A stretch of DNA of 64,000 nucleotides from Tricharina praecox (taxonomy: Eukaryota), in NCBI RefSeq assembly GCF_024521635.1, contig NW_026250413.1, positions 806,001 to 870,000 on the forward strand, written 5' to 3'. Numbering within the stretch: the first letter of the stretch is position 1; every line of letters begins with the position of its first letter. The translations under genes and the position numbers were made by a program. Shown in pieces: positions 14,342 through 26,692 of the stretch. The notes beneath the pieces were generated by a model. The model was not told the origin of the DNA. It was given only the letters and a program-made list of their open reading frames with translations, and searched no databases.

Positions 14342-17022
14342 CTAGTCATCCTCCATCTCCATCGCCATCTCCAATTTATTCCTCAGATCCCCAATCTTCC
14401 CGGCCAGCACGGAGCGATCATATTTGATAGCGACCTTGACCGCCATATCGAGCGTGCGCTTCTGCCTGAACAGCCCACAAATCTCGAGAGCCTTCGCTCC
14501 CTGATCCTCTTCTTTACACGCTATCATCAGCAGCTGCAGCAGAGCACGATCGATGCCGTTCTCGCGGTCGACGATTTCCATGCGCTCCTCAGCGCTGAGA
14601 GTCCTTGCCGTCGCGCTGTCACGCTGAAGGGATAGCAGTATGCTGTTGCGCACGTATGTCTCCTCCAACACATCGGTGCCCTTGGGCTCTGCAGCGGTCT
14701 CGGCCGGTTTTCCAACCAGCGGGATCTTGAAATCGAATTCGCTCAGCAACGGCCGCGGGAAGTACGGGTATTGTTCTCCGCCCTGTATGTAATCTGTCAG
14801 ATCATATCACGGACGTCATCGGGAGAAACATACCTTGAGGATGATGCAGTGAAATTTATCCTGCGCGACCGCAACGGGCCAGTACTTCTCCTCGCGCCTG
14901 CCTCCAGCCAGCCGCTCTAGCGTCCTCGTATCCAGCAGCGGCGTCCAGCGGGCCTGTCCCACCTCGCGCCAGTGCTGCAGCACCAGCAGCACGCCGTCGG
15001 AATCGTAGATCGCCGGATCACCGTTTTCCGAAAAGAACACGCTCTTTAGCTCACCGCCCGGCGGCAGGGCCACCACATCGTTGCTCTGCAGCGTCTCGTC
15101 GCGCGCGATGTTCTCGAGCGTGTATGTGAGCTGCGTCTTCCCGTCGGCGCCCACCGCGCCGTTCCCCAGGATGAGCACGTAGTCGCGGTAGCTGGCGCAC
15201 GTCACCACCGGCGTGTGTTTCTGCCTGTAGATCCGGAACGGGATGCCAAAGAGCGTGAACACCCGGACGTACCCCGTGTTGGTGCACGCCACAATGTAGT
15301 TATCCGACAGCGCGATGCTAGTGATCTCCTCGCCGTCCGGGAGACTGGTGCGCCAGTCGCCGCGGTTGGCCCAGGACTCGTGCGGGCGGTAGTAGAGCAT
15401 TGCTGGGCTGCCGCTTTCGGCCTGCGGCTGGCACGAGAAGAGACCGCCTGTCTCGTTGAGACACGCTTTGTCGTACAGGAATTGGTCGGTGAAGTGCACG
15501 TCGCGGAACGACTCGCGGTCGTGGAACTCGACCGTCACAGTGTTGTGCGTGTCCTGGTCGACCGTCCACACGAACCCGACCATGTTGAGACACAGGTAGC
15601 GACGCTTTCCGCGCCACGGCGTGGCCGAGGGCTGGAACGGCTCGTGGATCGTCGGTGTCCATACGTAGGCGGGACGCTTGGGCTCGCGGCCTCCCACGAC
15701 GATCCCCGTGGTGTCGAGTTTACGCTTGCTGGCCACGTTGGGCCCCCGGTCTGAGTCGTTGTCGTCGTTTTCTATCCAGTCGAACACTTCCTCGTCCCCG
15801 TCTAACTCGCCTTCGTCGTCTGTCCCGGCACCAAGAATACCGTCCAGCGGATCCGGAGATGCTCGGCGACCGGGTCTTCCTTGCCCGCTGCGGACGGCTT
15901 TGGTAGTGGTCGAGGCAGCGTCGGAGTCCTCTATCAGCGGGGCCGGTCGTGTGGAAAGCTTCAACCTTCCAGCGATCTCGCCGGGCACGACCCCGGGGAG
16001 GGTATACAGCCTGCCCTCTGTAGTTGTGAACGAGATAGTATTCTCACTGGGATGCCACGCCAGCGCGCAAACATTCCTATGCAAATACGTCGCGACGACG
16101 GTCTGGCCGGCGGCCTCCCACACGACAATCTTCCCATCCTTCGCAGCACTGACCAAGAACGCACCATTCGGGCTCCAAGCAAAATCCGTGATCTCAGCTG
16201 TATGCGCTCCCGCAAAGCTCCTCTGCCGCTTCCACTCCCGGCAGTCAACAATAACGACATCCCCCGTCGCCGTCGGCGCCGCAAACGCGCGGCCATCCGG
16301 ACACCACGCGACCTTTGCACTTGCCTCGCCCGCCGCCTCCACCCGCAGAATCACCCCGTCCACCGTCTGCACCAGCTCCGGCTCCGGCTCCGCGCCAGAG
16401 AGCGTGTACACGTACACCGCCCCGTCCGTGCACGACACTGCAATGTACTTCCCCGAAGGGTCGTACGATACGTGCTTATTGCTGTTGCTCTGCCCGCGCA
16501 GCGTGAGCACGCGTGTTGGGTCCGACAGGTTGACGAGCTTCACCACGCGGTCGTCGCTGGCTACCGCGAGCCAGCTGCCGTCTGGGGAGAGCGCGAGGCC
16601 TCGTGCCGGCAGGTTTGTCCGCAGAAGCAGCCGCTCGGGAGTGTTGGTCGCCGAGGAGAAGACGCTGACTGAACAGTCCTCGCTGCAGGAAATGATTTTG
16701 TCATTCTGCGGAAGTTTGTGTCAGCGAGGGGAACAGCGTGGGTGGGTGGCTTGTACATACGGTAGCCACGATCCCCGTGTTATCCGCCGTGGTATCGATC
16801 GTCACCGGCTCGTCCTCTGACGCGGTGGTGTATTTCCTTATGAACGTATTCGTGCCGGCGGTGTAGAGGTATCTGCCGTCGGGGGAGTAGTTGACGATTG
16901 TTTGGCCGGGCGGGTCTGCGAGCTGTGAGTATTTTCCGGATACCCACTAGGCAGATTAATTGATTGAGTGGCGGTTTGGACTCACGCGCGAAGAGCGGGC
17001 CTTGGAGTTGTGTACTCGTCAT
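14342..17022 (-). CDS. CTF4: Ctf4/Mcl1/SepB WD40 replisome adaptor (multi-exon)
   Basis: N-terminal WD40 repeats; SepB domain PFQPSATPWRGKRRYLCLNMVG, TVTVEFHDRE, KYWPVAV; C-terminal helical region IDRALLQLL. Confidence 0.95.
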
Positions 17023-18414
17023 GTTTTTTCTCTGTGTCTGGGCGATGGAGGGCTGCGAGATTGGTGGGTATCTGGGGCGGACCGTTGGAGGGCGAGCGAT
17101 CGAAGTGTGAATTTCGAGAGAGTCGAGACACCTGGTACTGGCTGCTGGCTGCCTGGCCGTTCCTGGAAAACGCGTTGGAAGTCGCGTTAATTGGCCAAGG
17201 ATGGGCCGCGCTAACTGACTGGGGGCGTTCCGAAGGATCGATTGAGTCCGCTTGAGCACGCACAACCCACTCGAAAAAAGATATCTCGTAACTATTGCAC
17301 CCAGGTTTCAGAATTTGAAGAAACTTGTAAGATATCAGGGCGACGACGAAGCCGTTCCTGTAACTTGATGAGAAATGTAAGGCATCCGCTGCTTTTCGCA
17401 CTTAAACGGACACTCTACGGTACAGAAAGCATCGAGTAATGAACTTGCCATTGCTCACCCAGCTGGGAAGCGGGAGGGTACCTAGGATATGTAAGAGTGA
17501 GGAATGACTCTGCCCGAGAATTCAGCGTCCTATTCCACGGTGAAAGGTGGTGCCTCAATTCCCGAGTAGGTATGATGGGTAGACCATATCGTTCCCGGAA
17601 CCACTATATCTCACTCTACACATCTTCAGCTTGTTTGTAGGATCATTGCAGTATCCACTGTCCACTGTCCACTGTCCATAGAAGCCAAGTCCGTTGGATA
17701 CATACGCGGAGTGAGTCTTGCCGTGACATAGTAGACATGTGCAATATGAACCATCACCATCTCTATGAGCCCTACTCGTACACACAAGGTACTAATTATA
17801 TCTCACCCAGAGAGAGTGATACAGATCAATTCATTCCGCATACACCCTTTCCAGACTACCCAGCTGTATGGCGAACACTAATGAAATCTTTCCTGCCCTT
17901 CAGGTGTCACCTCACCCAATAAGTTGTAACTTATAACTTGTCTTCGGCACCGAATCGAAATGCGGTGTGAGTGACCGTTCATGTTTCCCGTACTCCCTGT
18001 GTCGTCCCTGCCGAGTCCCGACGAGTTTACTCTACACTCTGGGTGGGTGGATAAACCACATGCAGTGGTGACAGTTTGTATATACATCCTAATGTACATA
18101 TATCATGCACTCTGAAGCTCCAAACCTCGGTATCGGCCCCTGCAAGGCTGCACCATCGCCGGCGACACCCACTTACATATGTGCAGCAATAACGGTTTGT
18201 GTAGGTATCTCATCAATTCGTCACATATGTAGTATGTAGTCGTAGGCTTGGAATACAACCCGCATTCACTCACTCACTCACTTGCTCGAGAGTCAAGTCA
18301 AGTCAAGACAAGACAAAACAAGAAGACCATTCCAAAAGCAGACCAATTTTAACGGCGAGAAGATAAAAACAAAGCACCTTATCCTACACCCTCCACGGCA
18401 CACACGTACTCTAT

Positions 18415-19562
18415 CTACTTCTTCAGCAGCAACAGCTTTGCCGCCTGGGCGCGGCGATTCCTCAGCGTCGCCTGGGCGACCTTAAACAGGGCGTCCTTAA
18501 ACGCGAACAAAAACGCAGCGGTAATAACGCTCTGTACGAGTTTCGGGGCGATGCCACCATAGAGGCCGCTCCATCCCTCCTCCTTAACGATTTTCCTCAG
18601 CGCCGTGAGCACCGATACGTGCTCATTCTTGCCCGCGACGTGCATGCGGGCCTTGACAGTGATGTAGGGGTACGTCAGCCCGGTAGCGACGAGCTTCCCC
18701 AGCGCGCCGAGCCAGAACGCGTCCGTGGGTGTGACGCTACGCTTGCGCCGGCGCTCGAGCAGGTTCTTGAGCTGTTCGAAGATCGTGTATTGCAGGATGG
18801 GATTGATGACGAGCACGAGCGCGGGCATGACGCCGGCAAAGAACGCGCCGATGCCGCCCTCCTTCAGCAGCGCTTTGACTTCGCCAATGGTCGTGGGCGC
18901 CGCGGGCCGTGGCGTTGGCTCTGCCAGTGTAGGCTTGAGGCTCGGAGAGGGCGGGGGAGCTCCCCGCTTGCGCGCCGTCATACGTGTGTTCACTACCCAG
19001 ATCGGGTTCGTGATCAGAACGGTCGCGGACCCAGCAACCGCACCGGCGATCATCGACTCCACTGTCGATAGCTTCCGGCTGCGACCGGCCTTCACGGCGG
19101 CGTTCTCGAACGCTGCGCGAGACCATTCGTACCCTGGTTTGCGTCAGCACCGAGCTACACACACACACGGACACACACACAAACACACACACACGAAACC
19201 AGCCAGGTGAGACAAACAGTAGTAGTATACGAAGTTCGTGACCGAGATCCCGAAGACGGCGGAGTCGAGCCCGGCGTAGAGGCCGCTGAAGCCCTCGCGC
19301 TGGATTATGTGACGTGTTGCGTCGAGGACGGTGGTCTGTGCTCGCTTGGACTCGACTTGCGAGCGGGTGGAGAGCGTGATTAGTGGGTACGTCAGGACCA
19401 TGGACAGGACGCCGCCGCCTAGAGGTGGGTGTTAGTGCTGCGCGATAATCGTGGAACGAGAGGGGAGAGAGTACCGGCGCCGGCTACTGCGTGGAGGACC
19501 TGTGGATTGTTAGAACGGCCTTGTTGACACGGACGGGGAGAGGGACATACGTTGTCAGACAT
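18415..19562 (-). CDS. Peroxisomal mitochondrial-carrier-family transporter (PMP47/PMP34-like) with two 5' micro-exons
   Basis: Three carrier repeats TYPLITLSTRSQV, TNPIWVVNTRM, TYPYITVKARMHV; ALVLVINPILQYTIFEQLK. Confidence 0.88.
19156..19193 (+). repeat. Imperfect (CA)n microsatellite inside a carrier-gene intron
   Basis: tacacacacacacggacacacacacaaacacacacacac. Confidence 0.8.
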
Positions 19563-21561
19563 GGTGTTGAAGTCGTTCGATTGATTGAAGCTGAGCTCAG
19601 GTACGGGGGCAGTTGGAAGAATGCAGGAACAGGAACAGGAACAGGAGTCGTAAGAGTAGAGTATGTAGAGAAGGGAAGAGAAGGGACTTTATTATTGCAC
19701 GGGTATTTTATTCACAAGTATGATTTGTTGTCTCGGTATTATCGGCTGGTAGGGTCGGTGGTGGAGGAGGAGGTGTGGTGATCTGATGACTGCCCAGCTG
19801 GTTGGCTGGCTGGCTGTAGAGAGGTAGGCGTGTTTCGTGATTTGGCATGTGCATGTGAGCGTGGTCTCGACCGAACCGGACACTCCGACTGGGAACCGAG
19901 GTTGCGGGGAAGACAGACGGACAGTGGGGAAATGACCCGCGCGTGAAGTTTCTTCTGGTACAAAGAGTACTCCCTCGGTCCCTGATGATTACGTAGCATT
20001 GGGAAGAAAGAAAAAGACTGTTTATTCACAGGCGCGCTCAGAAGACGGCCACCGTATGGATGAGGAGAAGCTCGTGAAATCGAGCACGCGAGCAAATCGT
20101 TAGCTGTCGATTACCTACCGGCGTCAGGACGGCCCCACAATTAGACATTGGTCCTCACTCGCGGCATCCTCGCGCCTGTGGATGGTGAATCTCCACCATT
20201 AAATTGTGTCAAAGTCTTGCAATGGGTATCGGTTTTCGATACTGTCCCAAGAAGTCTGGAGTTAGAGTGCCGTACATGACTAAACAACTATCCGCACGTC
20301 CCAGCACGCGGCGGCCGGCGACCGCTGTACGGGCCCACTATCCGACCACAGGCCGCGAAGCGAACACAGAAGCAATAAGATTTTAGAAATGCATGGGGAG
20401 AAATCCTATGTACATAGAGCTTCCGCCCGTCGTTCCATCGTCAAGCATGGCCTCTCACTCGGTGCATATTGGTTTACCCGCAGCTCGAGCCCACCATCGA
20501 AGTTTTTTCGATCGCCAACGGTTGAGCCAAGCTGGCCGCGGAAGAATCGGATGGCCACGCTGTGAAAGCGAGCATGGGCTCATCCGGATGTTCCTGACAA
20601 CGCATCTCAGGAACTGCTGGTATGTACCGAACGGTACTAGTAGGCAGTCCATCAAAAGCCACAGAGTCGAATGGCTTCAGGACAACGAGAGATGCGGGAT
20701 GCAAAGCTTGCCTCTGCTCTAAGCGGCGAATCAGCGACAAGCGGAAGGAAGTCCCCGGGCGGTCTCTCTCGTGCAAGGACTGGGGATTCGACACCAAGTG
20801 GCCTTCCGGGGGAGCCACGGAGACGGGTCACCACCCAGAGTAAAGTGGATCAACCAGCGAGAGAACGATCAATGCCAACGACATGGTCCGCATCTGTTAG
20901 GCTAGACAGACTTGTATGAGGCGGATGGTGATCGCACCAGATCATCACTTCTCTCCCACGTGATTAACGATGAGCCTCGTTCCTCGCCTAAATCCACTAG
21001 CCACTAGGCGCCTCACACTTGTTGCTAGTGGCTGATCCAACGATGATCTGCACAGTCACTCGGGCCGCCGGTATGGCTGTTGAGTTCTCGAAGTGGCTGG
21101 TGAAGGCTTGAGCCTACCTATGGCGGCCACAAACCCGACCTTTCCTGCCAGCTCCGTAGGCGTGCGGCCAGACCGGCGAGGAGTCTCGCAGGAGTACGTC
21201 CATTCCAACCCACCACCGCAATACAGCACCTATCCCCGCGGCACCACCGTCTCCGCATCACCAGCCCAGCCCAGCCCAGCCCAGCCCCGCTGCAGTAGAC
21301 AGAATCCATCTCGACGATCCAAGGGCTGCAAAATCGACCTCAGCTCGTACAAAGCAGATAGGTAGTATATAAGCAAGTAAGCATCTGCATACTCTGCATT
21401 GAAATACCTACCCTGGTCCTTCAGGCTTCCCTCCCATCAACCCCGCCATACCCATTACCCCACTACCCGCCGCCTTAACTACCCCACTACCCGTCGCCCT
21501 ACCCGCCATCCCGCCCGCCCGCCCCCCAGTGCCCCCACCCACCTAAGGGCTGCTATATACG

Positions 21562-23583
21562 ATGCCGGCCACCGATGACTACATCTACCTCTCGTCGATG
21601 CAAGTGTGTAACTACCCGCTCCGTCTTCGCGGGCCCCATCCTCCCCATCCTCCCCATCCTCCGTATCCACCCTAAACCCCATCCCAGGAACTAGCCGACT
21701 GGCGCCCTGAATCCGCGTCCACACACAGCAGCAACATCTCGAACACGCCGTTATGCCCACGGGCCCCGGCCCCGGCCCCGGCCACCTCACCCCCGGACAC
21801 CAAACTCAGCCGCGTACTCCTCTGCCACGACTACCGAGGCGGGCACCACCCTACGGAGCGTACACAGGGCGTAACAAACCCTGAAGGCAGCGAGGATCCC
21901 TACACGGCAGAGTACCTTCACCTCGCCACGGACTTCGCATACTTCGCGCACTATCGGGTAGTGGTGCCTCCCGCGCCCTGGACGAACGTGTGTCACCGGC
22001 ACGGCGTGCGCTCGCTGGGGACGCTGCTATTCGAGCACGACGAGGCGTCAGCGGACGCTGGGCGCCTGTTCGAGAAGGGCTCCGAGGGCGAGTTTTTCTT
22101 CGCCACGCAGTTGGTGCGTATGGCCGAAACCTACGGTTTCGATGGGTGGCTCGTTAATGTCGAGGCGGAGCTGCCGCGTGAGAAGTGGCGGGTGGGGGTG
22201 ATGCAGGCGTTTTTGGGGGAGCTGAGGGCGGGAATAAAGGTCAAGGGCGGGACCGTAGTCTGGTATGATGCTCTCACGGTGCTGAATAGTGTTCACTACC
22301 AGAATGGACTCACGCTCTTGAATGCACCCTGGCTCCATGTGACCGATGCGCTGTTCTCGAATTATTGGTGGAGGACGAGGGAGCTGATCGCCACGAAGCG
22401 GGTGGCAGAGGCCATGGGCAGGACGAAGGATGTGTTCATGGGAATCGATTGTTACGGCCGCGGCAGTATGGGCGGCGGCGGGTTTGGAGTCGGTGAGCCG
22501 CTGAAGGAAGTGAGGAATGCGGGGCTGCAGGCGACGGCGCTGTTTGCGCCGGGCTGGACGTGGGAGCACTTTCAGGGCCTGGGGTTCAGAGGCGTGGAGA
22601 GGAAGTTTTGGGGCGTGGTCGGGGAACATGTTGTGGCACACCCGGCGGGCTCGAGAGATGGATTCTATACTTGCTTCAATCGCGGGTTTGGAGATAGGCT
22701 GTTTATGAAGGGAAAGGTACTTCTCTCCCCCTCCCCCGCCCCTCCTACTCCTGTCTCAGGAAGCTAACATCACCAGCTGATCTCAGAAACAAAATGGATC
22801 CACCTGGGGGCGCAATCGCTGCTCCCACACTTCCCCTCCACAACAGAGATATCTCACAGTCTCGACAGCACCAAAGCGTGGACCGGCAGCTGGTCCTTAA
22901 AACTCGCTCTAACCTCGGCCAGCAGTCCATCCACATCTCCCACCTTCGCGCCGCTCTTCCGGCTCTCCGTAGCGCTAGACCAGAACCTCCTCATGACGTA
23001 CAAGTTCCAAAGGGCGGCCACGTCGTCCACCGCAGGTGTATACTGGGACATACGGCACCCTTCCACCGGCGCAACCTCGCGGCGCACGTCTCCATTGGAG
23101 GCGCACTACCCGGGGCGGGTATGGGGCAGCGGAATGCCAAATCTCGCCGAGGACGGCGATGCAGACGGCAGCACAGTCGTGGAAATGGGCGTGTTCTTTT
23201 CCGGCGGTGCGCTGGCGGGCGAGGAGCTGTGGCTGGGCGAGGTGCTCATGTCGACGCTGGAGAAGGACGGGCTACCGGACTCGACTATCAGCAGCGTCGT
23301 GGTACGGCCCGCCGCTGAGGCTGGGAAGATGAAGCTCAGCTGGAGCGTGTATCCCGGCGGTAGGAGGAGGGGAAAGGGCATGTGGAGCGAGCAGACGAAG
23401 GAGTTTGCGTACTTCCTGGTCTGGAAGGGGGAGCAGTTACGAGGTGCGGCGTATGCGTGCGAGTTTGTGGCTGGTGCTGCGGAGGCAGAGGGGGGGGAGG
23501 AGTGGAGAGTCAGCGGTGTTACGTGGGACGGGAGGAAGGTCATTCAAGGTTCCGCCCCATCTGCGGTGGAATCGTCAGCGTAA
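21562..23583 (+). CDS. GH85 endo-beta-N-acetylglucosaminidase (ENGase); start exon tentative
   Basis: RVLLCHDYRGG..FAYFAHYRVVVPPAPWTNVCHRHGVRSLGT, catalytic GFDGWLVNVE, VVWYDA, FSNYWW, ALFAPGWTWE. Confidence 0.9.
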
Positions 23584-23668
23584 GAGGTAGATATATACCT
23601 GCAGTTAGACGAAGCTATTATGCCACCGCTCGCTCTATTGGATATCCATGCCAACTACAAGCCCTATC

Positions 23669-26185
23669 CTATCTCCCTCTAACAACCATCTCCCGCGCCC
23701 TTGCCCTCTCGTCGACCTCAAGCCTCCACTCAACGCCACTATCGTCCATCTCGCCCTTCCGCAGTATCCCGCCGACCTCGTCCTCCTCCATATTAACGAC
23801 CAAGCAGATCTGAGAGCAGCGCACAAACGTATCCCTGACGCCGTAGCGCCCGCCTCTAACCACAACGCCAACTATCCCCGCAATATCCCTCTCGAGCCTG
23901 ATAGCCCCCAGCTCATTGATCCGCCCAGAATACCCCCAGATACGCTTCTCCAGGAGCTTCGAGAAGTAATTTGCCGTCGTGGCGAGGAGGCGCGTGTACG
24001 CCTTATCGGTGAGGATACGTTTCAGCGGCGTCATGAGTGCCTCCCAGCCCTCCCTGAACCTTCGCTTGACGAGCTCGGCGTTGTCCGCAGACTCGTCGCC
24101 ATCCATCATCATCATTCCGTCGTCTGCTGCTGCCGCCTCCTCGTCGGAGACTACGTAATCGACGTCTCTAAACGCATCCGCCAGCAGCGGGCGAAGCCGC
24201 GGCTTCACCACCTGGTTGAAAACGACCATGATCCCGTCGTTGATCAGCTCGCCGGTCTTGGCCTCGAAGCTGACGGCCATGTTCCTTAGCGCCTCGCGGA
24301 CCGAGTCCGCCTCGCTCTCGAAGGGGAAGAGGTCGCGCAGGTCGTCGCCGAAGCCGTCGATTATCCGGTGCAGGTACTCGGACGCCGTGTCCAGGTTGTT
24401 GATTAGCACGAGGAAGCTGAGGACTTTTTCGTCGGACGGCGGCGTGTTCGAGGATGTGGACCGCGGGTAGCTCTCGTCCCGCATCTTCCGTTGGATCATC
24501 CCTACGAAGTCGGAGCCGAGGACTCGACCGACCGTGGAGATCACGCTGGCTACGAGCGCCCGCTGTGAGGTCTCGATGGAGCGTTGGAGGAGCTTGTTGA
24601 CGATGTACATCACGTCGTCGACCGCGGAGGTTATGTAGGGTGCGTTTGAGGAGGTGGAGGGTGGAGAGGCGAGGGAGAGGGAAAGGTCGGTGGGTGCTTC
24701 GTCCAGCTGGAAGGCTTTTTCGACGGAGCGGCGACAGAAGAACGTGGTCATTATGTTGAACGAACTGACAAGTCGGTCCTGTACTTTTTGGGAGAGGTTA
24801 GAGTTCGCAATCACGGCCGGGAGAGATAGGAGGCCTGGCTGTCCTCCATCCAATGGCTCCAGTTGGGTCTACGATGGATGAGTTAATACGCTCACCGGCA
24901 CAAGAGTACGTGCTGCTCACCTGACACTTCCTGGCGAGGAAGCGGCAGTATAGTGACCACCGTCCAAGCATCACGCCGATTTCTGTCAGGAGAATGTCAA
25001 CTTCTTTGACATCCACCCCCTCATCCTCGTTATCCGGTGCCGCTATTCCGCCAGGTGCAGGTGAGTTCGACCTCGACGCCCCACCGAGCGCAGCCCGCGG
25101 GCCCGGGAGAAACGACTGCACTAGGAACGAGAAGGCGTAGGATTTGATATCGGTAAGCTGGCGATCCTCAGCAACTGCATCCCAGTAACAGCGTGGAAGG
25201 CAGTAACTACCTTCCTATCCATTCCCCTTTCGTCCATGAACGTGTCGATGATGATGCCACCTTGTGTGTCCGCCTCTACCTGCAGCCGCTCAATCACTTT
25301 CACCATCTTCCCTGGGCCATAATGTCTGTCCACGAGAGTACCGTGCTGCTCTACGATAGTCGCGATGTGCTCAAAGAGTCTCGTCATTGCTGTCGCATAG
25401 AAGAAGTCCCCCACTGTATCCTCCGGCTTATTTGCGAGTGCCGCCCTCGCCCGTGTCGACACCCCTCCACAAACATACTTCCCATAGACATCGAGCCCCA
25501 CACTGGCCTTCCCAATGAGCGGAAACAGCTTAAAGAACCTAGTAACCTTCTCCCCATCCGCATTCGCCGCCGCCTTCTCAAACTCCCTCAAGAACAGTCC
25601 GCACAAGGACTCAGCGGCATTCTCCAGAGTGACCGCAGGGGGATCCGGCACCTCAGCACTAGCGACCATCTCCTCGGCGAACTCCCCAGCCGCGATTTCC
25701 CTCGGGATCTTACTAGCACGGTGGAGGTAGCTCGCGGCGGTCTCCCAATCCTGGGGCGCGCCCATGGACCCGGTAACGCCCAGCACACAAGCCTTCAGCT
25801 CCGAGATCTGATCGACGACCTCGAGCGTAGCCTTCACACGCGACTGCTCAGTATCGAGCCGCTTCACGGCGGAGGAGACACGGTTCGCGGTTGTCGCCGC
25901 GGTGGAGAGGATAGTATTCGACAATGACCGCGCGGCGACGACCTGCGTGCCCAGGTGCGCGCGGATCAGGTCCAGCCGCGAGATCGAATGCGTCAGCTCC
26001 GATTGCGTAGCGAGGAGTTTCTGCAGGCGGGAGGCGACGAGGTGTTCCTGAGCGTTTAGGTACGCGAGCGCGAATTGGAGCTCGGCCACCGTGGTGCAAG
26101 AATTGACGGCCGGCGGCGGCGCGGAAGTCTCGTCGTCATCGGGATTGGGGGTATGGGAGACGGCGGCGTGGGCTGTCGAGGGCAT
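23669..26185 (-). CDS. COG4: Conserved oligomeric Golgi complex subunit 4 (2 introns)
   Basis: ELKACVLGVTGSMGAPQDWETAA, RFFKLFPLIG, RSVEKAFQLDE, LGAIRLERDI. Confidence 0.95.
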
Positions 26186-26692
26186 TGCGGGGGTTGACGG
26201 TGCTGCGAGACATGAGCTCGACGTAACTAGTGTCTAACCTACAACTGTGGCACAACCAGCTACCGGTGCGAGTGCGTAGCGATGAGGCGGTCGGGGGCAG
26301 GGGTAGGGTAAGGATGAGTGCGGTTAGATTGACAGCCGCGATCAACGACAACCCACCGCCAGATGTGAAGAGCGGTCGTATTTTTAGCTGTCCAAGTCCG
26401 GATTCTTCGGCGAGTAATTAGCCTTCACATATGAACTCTGCTTGCAGCTGAACCAGATACAAATACGGTTCTGGAGGTTGGCTTGTGGTCACCCTCTCTA
26501 CTGATCGATCATTTCGCTGCGGCGTATTGATCAATTGTACCGATGGGTGACCAGTGGGGGAGTTGTGGTAGGTATTAGAACGATCTATGACTTATATACA
26601 TACATTCCTAATAACTCATGGGCGTGAAAACAGATATCAACCATAGCATCGTAAAATTGTCATTACACCGCCTCTTCTGCGTCTCACTATCC

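Noticed and set aside
15678-16820. Long antisense ORFs (this one, also 31282-32157 and LTR-internal ORFs such as 43197-43463)
   Set aside because: Shadow or alternative frames of GC-rich genes and LTRs, with low-complexity translations
19600-21500. Short ORFs in the long carrier-ENGase intergenic region
   Set aside because: No coherent gene model or motifs; likely divergent promoter/UTR DNA with a (CCCAG)n run
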